NCBI GenBank assembly: GCA_030145435.1
Contig: JAQYVQ010000188.1
Location: 1-33,498 of the forward strand
DNA: 33,498 nt
Reading direction: 5' to 3'
DNA from: Syntrophobacteria bacterium
GTDB lineage: Bacteria > Desulfobacterota > DSWW01
Under the pieces are notes generated by a model. The model had not been told where the DNA came from and did not search any database. It saw nothing but the letters and a program-made list of their open reading frames with translations. Positions within the stretch are counted from its first letter, which is position 1. Each line of letters opens with the position of its first letter. The position numbers and the translations under genes are program-made. Positions 7,258-16,183 of this stretch are shown here, piece after piece.

Positions 7258-9238
7258 CCCCTGGACGATTCCGTGGGGCAATCTCTCCTGCCTGCCCGTC
7301 TGCCACTACCGACTCGAGTTCGCCGAGTTGGTGCGCGCTCAATTCGCAGAGGACCCTCCCGACTGCCTTGCCCTCGAGTTGCCTTCCCATCTGGCAGACG
7401 CGTATAAGCGCGCGATCTCGCGCCTTCCGGAGGTATCGATTCTTCTGTTCGAAGACGCTTCCGGACAGACCGTCTACTTGCCCGTAGAACCCGTGGATCC
7501 CTTCGCAGAAGCTGCCCGATCCGCCCTGGAACTGGGGATCCCGGTGCATCTCGTGGACATCAACCTGGAAGAAGCCTACCCTCCCTTTCGCGACCCTGTT
7601 CCCGACCCGTATGCCCTCCACGAGATCGGTCCGAAGCTCTACTACGAGGCATTTCGAACCATCTGGCAGGAGAAGCTCAAGGACCACCCCCTGGACATCC
7701 GCAGAGAGCAGGGCATGGCCGCCCACCTGCAGGGCCTCCTCGGCAAGCATTCCAAGGTCCTCTTCGTCTGTGGAATGATCCATGCCGAAGGCGTGATCAA
7801 ACGACTCGACCAGCCCCAGGCGACGCCACTGCATCGGGTGCACTCACCGCCCTTTCAGGTCTTTCACCTGCACCCCTCCTGTCTCGACGAGGTGATGGCA
7901 ACCTTCCCCCTACTCAGCGCCCTTTACGAAACCCGAAGGAAGGGGCTTCCTCCCGAACCTGAAAGGGACCGTTTCACGCTGCGAAGGAGTTTCCGTATCG
8001 AATCCCGCCCATTCGCATTGTACGGGAAGGAGGACGCCGTTTACGACGAAAGGGCCGCTCTCGAAGGCTCCCTCGCATGGATTGCCCGCCGCGCAGGCCT
8101 TGGAGAGGAGAGTGACGACCCACCAGGGCCCATCGACCGGAACCGGGCACTCTATTTTCTCCTCGAAGAGGCGGGCAGACATTACAGAGACGAAACGGGA
8201 GAGCAGGTAAAGGGCTGGCAGAAGCGGGTTTTCTGGAAATTCGTGAGAAACTATGCGCTCGTGCACGGTCTCCTGCTGCCCGAATTCTACCACCTCCTCG
8301 TGGGTGCACGGTCCAGTGTGGATGACAACATGTGCTACAGTCTCTGGCGACTGGGTGGGTTCTACCCCTGGCAGGCGGAGTCCTCCAATGTGCCCACCTT
8401 GACGGTAAAGGGGGAGGAGGTCTGGCTCGGGACCCGCCGGATCCACGTCCGGAGGTGGCTGCCCAGAAAGAAACAGCGCCTGCAGGGCGTGCTGCGCAAA
8501 CATCGTAAGCGGGAGAGATATCCGGGGGAGTGGCTCGAGAGCTTTGACGGGAGCGCCCTTTGCTCCTACCCGCCCGAAGACCTCGTCGTGGAGGATTACG
8601 GTCGCTTCCTGCGAGAACAATGGCGACACATACTGAAGGACGAGCACAACCCGTCCGAGCCGTTTGTCACGTCTTTTCTCGACGGCATCGACATTCGAGA
8701 GACGATCAGGAAATGGCACGAAAAGCGCATCTATGTCAAGAATCGGGAGGCGTCAAGAGGGGGTTCGGGTGCGGTGGTCGTCATCTTCGATGAAGACGAA
8801 AAGGATGATCAATACCCCTACCGGATGACCTGGCTGGGAGAGCATGAACAGGAATCCGACATGGCATTCTATGCAACCTCTCCCGAGGAGAACATCGTGG
8901 GCCCGGGTATGTGTCGATGCGAGTATGGGGGATTCCTGATGACCTACCCGCCGCGCAGGCTCTACGATGTGTGGCAGGATCCTGACTACCGCTTCCTGCA
9001 ATCCAAGGCCGAGGTTCTCCTCGCGGCGGCCCTGGACTATTCTCTGGAGAGGCAGGTCGTCTACGTGGCTTCCCGTCCACCACGTTCCATCATGCGAACC
9101 CTTGCCGAGAGGCTTCGACGGCAAATCGTCTATATCCCGAAGGGCGCGCTCTCCCCATCCCGACTGAAGAGGACCCGCGTCTTCCACATCCTGAGCGGGC
9201 ATGACAAACGGGACGGGGCCAAAGACTTCATCGTCTGA
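7244..9238 (+). CDS. Large (664 aa) uncharacterised protein with an N-terminal TraB/PrgY/GumN (Tiki-superfamily)-like domain, partner of the MoxR-like ATPase
   Basis: The ATG at 7244 overlaps the ATPase stop by 14 nt. PVCHYRLEFAELVRAQFAEDPPDCLALELP resembles the TraB GTAHVS...PD.VaVEL pattern. AARSALELGIPVHLVDIN and REQGMAAHLQGLL....KVLFVCGMIHAEGV resemble ..A...g..v.liD and eRD..Ma..L....vvaVvGaGH..G. I recognise nothing in the C-terminal 450 aa, and no DxSxS MIDAS motif is visible. Confidence 0.7.
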   Translation: MSVSDPWTIPWGNLSCLPVCHYRLEFAELVRAQFAEDPPDCLALELPSHLADAYKRAISRLPEVSILLFEDASGQTVYLPVEPVDPFAEAARSALELGIPVHLVDINLEEAYPPFRDPVPDPYALHEIGPKLYYEAFRTIWQEKLKDHPLDIRREQGMAAHLQGLLGKHSKVLFVCGMIHAEGVIKRLDQPQATPLHRVHSPPFQVFHLHPSCLDEVMATFPLLSALYETRRKGLPPEPERDRFTLRRSFRIESRPFALYGKEDAVYDERAALEGSLAWIARRAGLGEESDDPPGPIDRNRALYFLLEEAGRHYRDETGEQVKGWQKRVFWKFVRNYALVHGLLLPEFYHLLVGARSSVDDNMCYSLWRLGGFYPWQAESSNVPTLTVKGEEVWLGTRRIHVRRWLPRKKQRLQGVLRKHRKRERYPGEWLESFDGSALCSYPPEDLVVEDYGRFLREQWRHILKDEHNPSEPFVTSFLDGIDIRETIRKWHEKRIYVKNREASRGGSGAVVVIFDEDEKDDQYPYRMTWLGEHEQESDMAFYATSPEENIVGPGMCRCEYGGFLMTYPPRRLYDVWQDPDYRFLQSKAEVLLAAALDYSLERQVVYVASRPPRSIMRTLAERLRRQIVYIPKGALSPSRLKRTRVFHILSGHDKRDGAKDFIV

Positions 9239-9250
9239 GGGGTCGACTTC

Positions 9251-11272
9251 CTACTTCTGTTCCTGTTCCTTCTCGTACTCGGCTACGATCGCCTTGTGTA
9301 CAAGCGGCGGCACGATGTCGTAGTGATCGAATTCCATCGTGTAGGAACCCTCTCCCCCGGTCATGGACTTCAGCCCGGCCTGGTAGTTCTGAACCTCTCC
9401 CAACGGGATCAGCGCCTGGACCACGGCCAGGTTGCCCTCGCTGCCGCTCGTGAGGATCCGCCCGCGCTTTCCGTTGAGATCCCCCATCACATCGCCCATG
9501 TTTGCCTGCGGGACGACAACTTCCAGTTTCACGATCGGCTCGAGGAGGACGGGATTGCATAGGAGCACCGCCTTCTTGAAGGCCTCCCGGCCTGCGATCT
9601 GGAAGGCGATGTCCTTCGAGTCCACCGGGTGTGTCTTGCCGTCCACGAGCGTGACCCGCACATCCACGACGGGATTGCCCGCGAGCACCCCCTCCGCCAT
9701 CTTGCTCTGAACGCCCTTGTCCACCGACGGGCGGAAGGTCTGGTCGATCACACCGCCGAAGATCTTGTCCGCGAACTCGTATCCGGCCCCTCGTTCCCGG
9801 GGCTCCAAATCGATGAAGACCCTCGCAAACTGCCCCGCGCCACCCGTCTGTTTCTTGTGCGTGTACTCCACGTACTTGGCGCTCTTTGTGATCGTCTCCA
9901 TGTAGGGGATCTTGGGGGGGGTTGTTTCAACCTCGACCTTTCGTCTCCTCTTGATCTTCTTCAACATCAACAAGAGGTGAACATCCGACATTCCGCTCAG
10001 AACGAGGTCGCCGGTCTGCGCGTCCGCCCGTACGGCAACCGTTCGGTCGTCCGCAACGAGTTCTTTCAGGGCCGTACTGATCTTCGTTTCGTCCCCTCGG
10101 CTCTTCGGCCGGACCGCCAGGGAACACATGGGCGTCGGAAACTTGATTTCCGGGAGCGTGATCTTCGTCTTGTCATCGGTCAGGGTATCCCCGGCCAGGA
10201 TGTCCTCCACCTTGGCCACGGCCACGATGTCTCCGCACACCCCCTGTTCGACCGGATTCTGTTCCTTCCCACAAATCTTCAACAACCCCCCTATTCGTTC
10301 ACTCTTTCCCGAGCGACGGTTCACGAAGGAGGTGTTGGAATCAAGGCTACCGGAAAGGACCCTCAGGTACGATATTCGGGTCACGAACTCGTCGGCAATG
10401 GTCCTGTATACGAAGCCCACGAACCCATTGTCCGGGTCCAGCACGACCTCTTCCTCCCCTGCCATCCCCTTCCGCTCGACCTCGTTCGGGTTCGGCGCAA
10501 AGGTCGCTAGAAAATCAAGCGTCTCCTCCAGCCCCACCTGTGGCTCCCCGGCGGCAACCAGCACAGGGAAAAGCACCCTCTTCAACATGGCCTTGGTGAA
10601 GGTGGACCGGAAGACCTCGTCGGAGATTTCCTCTCCTTCGAGGTACTTCTCCATCAACGCGTCGTCCGCTTCCACGACCGCCTCGCTCAGGCTCTCATTC
10701 AAGGAAGACACTTCCTCCGGCGCTCCGTCCGGAGGCTCCACCACGGAGAATACCTTGCTAAAAGAGGAGGCCGATCCATCCGGCCACAGGGCGGGGATGC
10801 AACGATCCCCGAAGAGTTCCTGGATCTCGGCAAGGGTCTTCGCGTAGTTTGTGTTCTCGGCGTCAAGCCTCGTAATCGCAAAGCAGCAGGGCAAACCGAG
10901 CTTCTCCGCTTCTTGCCAGATCTTGCGTGTGTTCACCTTGACTCCGCTCGTGGCATCCACGCAGATCAGGGCACACTCTACGGCACGAAGGGCAGTAAGC
11001 ATGTCGCCCACGCAGTCCGACGATCCGGGGACATCGAGGACATTGAAGGCCACGTCTTTGTAGGAGAAGGAGAGTGTTGAACAGGAGAAGGACTTCCCCC
11101 CTTCCCTCTCATCCTGATCAAAATCGCTCGCCGTATTGCCTTCCTTGATGGTTCCCATGCGTGTCAACACGCCCACCTTGTGCAGAAACGCTTCGACGAG
11201 TATCGTCTTTCCAGCACCTTCGTGGCCGACAAGGGCAATGTTCCGGATTTTGGTGGTTTCGATACGGGCCAT
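9251..11272 (-). CDS. Elongation factor G-like translational GTPase paralogue with degenerate G motifs
   Basis: 673 aa with the full five-domain EF-G layout, including the domain II barrel, domain IV and the C-terminal GEGSYTMEFDHY. The P-loop GHEGAGKT is intact. However, switch II reads DVPGSSD (not DxPGH), G4 reads TRLD (not NKxD) and switch I reads EREGGKSF (not ERGITI). Confidence 0.9.
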   Translation of the reverse strand: MARIETTKIRNIALVGHEGAGKTILVEAFLHKVGVLTRMGTIKEGNTASDFDQDEREGGKSFSCSTLSFSYKDVAFNVLDVPGSSDCVGDMLTALRAVECALICVDATSGVKVNTRKIWQEAEKLGLPCCFAITRLDAENTNYAKTLAEIQELFGDRCIPALWPDGSASSFSKVFSVVEPPDGAPEEVSSLNESLSEAVVEADDALMEKYLEGEEISDEVFRSTFTKAMLKRVLFPVLVAAGEPQVGLEETLDFLATFAPNPNEVERKGMAGEEEVVLDPDNGFVGFVYRTIADEFVTRISYLRVLSGSLDSNTSFVNRRSGKSERIGGLLKICGKEQNPVEQGVCGDIVAVAKVEDILAGDTLTDDKTKITLPEIKFPTPMCSLAVRPKSRGDETKISTALKELVADDRTVAVRADAQTGDLVLSGMSDVHLLLMLKKIKRRRKVEVETTPPKIPYMETITKSAKYVEYTHKKQTGGAGQFARVFIDLEPRERGAGYEFADKIFGGVIDQTFRPSVDKGVQSKMAEGVLAGNPVVDVRVTLVDGKTHPVDSKDIAFQIAGREAFKKAVLLCNPVLLEPIVKLEVVVPQANMGDVMGDLNGKRGRILTSGSEGNLAVVQALIPLGEVQNYQAGLKSMTGGEGSYTMEFDHYDIVPPLVHKAIVAEYEKEQEQK

Positions 11273-11354
11273 GAGAAAACCTCTTCGAACTGGGGTTGAA
11301 ATGGACGCCTAAAGCGCACGGTGAATCGACGAACTTCCGAAAAATAATCTTTTA

Positions 11355-11383
11355 TTATTAGCACACTTGCGGCGCACTGTAAA
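11355..11383 (-). promoter_or_regulatory. Putative sigma-70 promoter for the EF-G-like gene (TTTACA-17-TAATAA on the minus strand)
   Basis: The minus strand reads TTTACA (complement of 11378-11383), a 17-nt spacer, then TAATAA (complement of 11355-11360), about 80 nt upstream of the ATG at 11272. This is a sequence match only. Confidence 0.4.
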
Positions 11384-11440
11384 GTTAGCGCCCAATCGCT
11401 GTTTGAGTCTATCCGGTGGCCGTGCAAGAGAATAGCTCTT

Positions 11441-11570
11441 GGCTGTAAGCTGTTAGCTATTAGCCCACCCCGCCCCCATTTTGGGCGCGTCCTGTTGGGG
11501 CGTGTGGTTGGGAGCTAACAGCTAAAAGCTAACGGCTAACAGCCAGGTTCGACAGGACGAGGACGAGCGG
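11441..11570 (-). repeat. Mosaic palindromic intergenic element, copy E2 (inverted relative to E1), with a flanking TCGTCC module
   Basis: The hairpin at 11441-11544 reads GGC-TGTAAGC-TGTTAGC-TATTAGC / CCACCCCGCCCCCA...GGGGCGTGTGGTTGGGA / GCTAACA-GCTAAAA-GCTAACG-GCTAACA-GCC. It is followed by GACAGGACGAGGACGAGCGG at 11551-11570. It lies between the pcm stop (11577) and the EF-G-like promoter. Confidence 0.9.
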
Positions 11571-11576
11571 TCGAGC

Positions 11577-12317
11577 TTAATGCTCCCCAAGAAACGGCAC
11601 AAACCGAACCGGGAGAACCGCACGCTTGGAGATGGAACCGTCGCGGCCCTTCTCGATGAGCGTCAACTGCTGTACCTGATACCTCCCACCCACCGGAATG
11701 CACATCCTGCCGCCCGGCTTGAGTTGCTGCAGTAAGGGAGGGGGAATCTCGCGGGGAGCGGCTGTCACGATAATCGCGTCGAAGGGGGCATGTTCATTCC
11801 ATCCGAGATATCCGTCACCGCGCCTCACCCGGATGTTCTTGTATCCGAGTGACTTGAGCCGGGCGCCGGCCTCCTGCGCCAGAGCAGGGCTGATTTCCAC
11901 GGTGAACACTCGGCCGACGAGCCCTGCCAGTACGGCCGCCTGGTACCCGGACCCGGTCCCGATCTCGAGAACCCGATCCCCGGGCTTCAATTGCAGCAGT
12001 TCGGTCATCAGGGCCACGATGTAAGGCTGGGAGATCGTCTGCCCCTGCCCGATCGGAATCGGATGATCGTCGTATGCCTCGTCCCGATACTCACCGGGCA
12101 CGAAGCAGTGGCGGGCCACCCCCCGCATGGCCCGCAGCACGGAGCCGTCCTTGACCCCACGAGCCTGGATCTGCTCACGGACCATCTTCTCCCGTTCTTT
12201 GGCATATCGCTCCGGGCGGCAACCCGGAGTGTCTTCGGACGCAAACGCCTCCTTGGCGCAGAACCCCAGGACGAGGAACAGGCCTGCCCAAAGAATACGA
12301 AGCATCCGGGTGTTCAC
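11577..12317 (-). CDS. pcm: Protein-L-isoaspartate O-methyltransferase with an N-terminal signal peptide
   Basis: Motifs GQTISQPYIVALMTE, VLEIGTGSGYQAAVLA, APFDAIIVTAA and RFVPF are present. The N-terminus MNTRMLRILWAGLFLVLGFCAKEAFA/SEDT has n/h/c regions and an AXA cleavage site. I prefer the GTG at 12317, which has GGAGG 7 nt upstream; an alternative ATG lies at 12305. Confidence 0.85.
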   Translation of the reverse strand: MNTRMLRILWAGLFLVLGFCAKEAFASEDTPGCRPERYAKEREKMVREQIQARGVKDGSVLRAMRGVARHCFVPGEYRDEAYDDHPIPIGQGQTISQPYIVALMTELLQLKPGDRVLEIGTGSGYQAAVLAGLVGRVFTVEISPALAQEAGARLKSLGYKNIRVRRGDGYLGWNEHAPFDAIIVTAAPREIPPPLLQQLKPGGRMCIPVGGRYQVQQLTLIEKGRDGSISKRAVLPVRFVPFLGEH

Positions 12318-12339
12318 CCAGGCACCTCCTTCGCCGGAG

Positions 12340-12396
12340 TCCCACCGGGGGGGGAATGGCTGGGAGCTAATACCTAATAGCTAATACCTAACAGCC
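12340..12396 (-). repeat. Half-copy of the heptamer-arm element (E3) with a G8 tract
   Basis: The plus strand reads CCCACC-GGGGGGGG-AATGGCTGGGAGC-TAATACC-TAATAGC-TAATACC-TAACAGCC. The minus strand reads GGC-TGTTAGG-TATTAGC-TATTAGG-TATTAGC-TCCCAGCC. It has one arm only. It lies between the eno stop (12403) and the pcm start. Confidence 0.8.
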
Positions 12397-12402
12397 ATCT
12401 TT

Positions 12403-14516
<2,114 letters not shown>

Positions 14517-14535
14517 CCGGGTCCCCTTCTTCCTC

Positions 14536-15201
14536 TCAAGAATGCCTGCCAGACGGCTTCTCTTCCCATCCAAACGTCCCGATCAGGGGGACGAAGACGC
14601 AGCCGGTACCTTCCTCCCTTTGAATCTTGTTCCGCTCCTTCTTGACGGTGCATAGTGTCTGGTGGTGGGCGCTCCCGATCGGGATGACCAGCCTTCCCCC
14701 CTCTGCCAGCTGTTCCACCAAGGGGTCGGGGAGCTCCGGCGCCCCGGCCGTCACGATAATCGCGTCAAAAGGGGCTTTCTCGCGCCACCCTTCCGACCCA
14801 TCCCCCACCCGGATCGAAACATTCTCATACCCCAGGCGGGAGAGCAACCCCTCCGCCCTTTCCGCCAACTCCGGAATCCTCTCGAGGGAGTAGACCTCGC
14901 GGGCGAGTTCCGCAAGAATCGCTGTCTGATATCCGGAACCGGTTCCCACCTCCAGAACACGATCGTCCGGTTCCGGCGCCGCGCACTCGGTCATCAGAGC
15001 AACCATGTAGGGCTGGGATATGGTCTGCCCCTTGCCGATGGAAAGCGGGCTGTCTTCATAAGCGTGACCGTATGAGTCCTCCGGAACAAACCGGTGCCTG
15101 GGTATCTTCTCCATGGCGGCCAGAACCCGGTGGCTCCGAACCCCTCTCTTTAGAATCTGGCGTTCCACCATCCGCTGGCGCTGGCGCTCGTAATCGGTCA
15201 C
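14536..15201 (-). CDS. pcm: Protein-L-isoaspartate O-methyltransferase (cytoplasmic copy)
   Basis: Motifs GQTISQPYMVALMTE, VLEVGTGSGYQTAILA, APFDAIIVTAG and VFVPL are present, with no signal peptide. I prefer the GTG at 15201, with AGGAG overlapping the archease stop. The ORF extends to a GTG at 15234, and an ATG alternative lies at 15171. Confidence 0.85.
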   Translation of the reverse strand: MTDYERQRQRMVERQILKRGVRSHRVLAAMEKIPRHRFVPEDSYGHAYEDSPLSIGKGQTISQPYMVALMTECAAPEPDDRVLEVGTGSGYQTAILAELAREVYSLERIPELAERAEGLLSRLGYENVSIRVGDGSEGWREKAPFDAIIVTAGAPELPDPLVEQLAEGGRLVIPIGSAHHQTLCTVKKERNKIQREEGTGCVFVPLIGTFGWEEKPSGRHS

Positions 15202-15214
15202 GCAGCCGGTTCTC

Positions 15215-15676
15215 CTAGAGATCCATGACCACACGGGCGACCCATCCCCTCTTGGTCCTCCGAATCTGAACGTCGTGGTAGGTCACGGCCTTGATTTCAC
15301 GCTGCCCTGCCATTCGGTTGTCCGTAAGCATCTCCCAGCCACCACGCACAACCACCCTGCAACCTCCCGCCCCCTCTTCGTCTCGCAGGACGGACAGTTC
15401 CTGAAGGTCGAGCCGCCTTCTTTCTACGGTCGCCCTGTAAAGGAGTTCCCCGAGAAGCTCTACGAGGGCCTCCTCCGGATCCTGTCCTTTGATTTCCAGT
15501 CTTTCCCCAGGGGCGGTAGCTCTACGACCCGACACGGCCGGCAGTCCCATGAGCAGGTAGAGCGACTCCACGGCGTTTCGGAAAAGCTCCTTCTCATCCT
15601 TCCCCTGTATCTCCACGCGCAGATCGGCGGTGTGGTCGAGTTCTCTGAAAGGCACCTTCCGGCTTGATTCCTTCAC
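15215..15676 (-). CDS. Archease
   Basis: This is the C-terminal 153 codons of ORF 15215..15928. FRELDHTADLRVEIQG.DEKELFRNA, IKAVTYHDVQI and W.ARVVMDL match the archease family. I chose the GTG at 15676 because the acyP gene ends at 15697. The start is uncertain. Confidence 0.75.
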   Translation of the reverse strand: MKESSRKVPFRELDHTADLRVEIQGKDEKELFRNAVESLYLLMGLPAVSGRRATAPGERLEIKGQDPEEALVELLGELLYRATVERRRLDLQELSVLRDEEGAGGCRVVVRGGWEMLTDNRMAGQREIKAVTYHDVQIRRTKRGWVARVVMDL

Positions 15677-15696
15677 GGGGAAATCCGGCTTCCGTT

Positions 15697-15981
15697 TCAA
15701 TAGGTGATTTCGAAGGAAGGCAGTTTTTTCCCGTTCCCTGCTTCTTCGACCACCTCGACTTCCCGGACCCTCGCATGCGATGGGCCCTGTTGACACCAGG
15801 CCTCGAACGTCCCGACCCTGGCAGGATCCCCTTGGACCATCGCCTCGACGCGTCCGTCCGGCAGATTGCGAACCCACCCCCTCAGCCCCAGCCTGCGAGC
15901 TTCGTCTCGGGCGTAAACACGAAAACACACGCCCTGCACCCGGCCGGATATCAGCAGTCGAATCCGTCTCTCTTGCTTCAC
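15697..15981 (-). CDS. acyP: Acylphosphatase
   Basis: 94 aa. It contains ISGRVQGVCFR and GLRGWVRNLPDGRVEAMVQG. It has a GTG start with a purine-rich SD (GGGGAGGGGAGAGGG) upstream. Confidence 0.85.
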   Translation of the reverse strand: MKQERRIRLLISGRVQGVCFRVYARDEARRLGLRGWVRNLPDGRVEAMVQGDPARVGTFEAWCQQGPSHARVREVEVVEEAGNGKKLPSFEITY

Positions 15982-16105
15982 ACCCTCTCCCCTCCCCTAC
16001 CTTCCAGCAGCCTTCCGTGCCCTCTGGAGTGATGATAGAAGTACCACAATTGCCTTGGTTTTACCAACGGTCGTGCAGGGTGGCCAGGGCATTTGCCCTC
16101 ATTCG

Positions 16106-16151
16106 CTCGTCCTCGAATTCGGGCACGGGCACGCGCACGGGCACGGGCACG
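16106..16151 (+). repeat. Stand-alone TCGTCC/GGGCAC hexamer module (microsatellite-like)
   Basis: Sequence reads CTCGTCCTCGAATTC-GGGCAC-GGGCAC-GCGCAC-GGGCAC-GGGCAC-G. It is the same module found in the loop of E1 and next to E5. It lies in the divergent acyP / LolA-like intergenic region. Confidence 0.85.
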
Positions 16152-16183
16152 AAAAGAGGCATCTCTCCGCGAAATGCAGCCCC

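Noticed and set aside
9914-9921. G8 homopolymer inside the EF-G-like coding region
   Set aside because: It encodes Pro-Pro within an intact frame (ETTPPKIPY). There is no sign of a frameshift, so it is probably just codon choice in a GC-rich genome.
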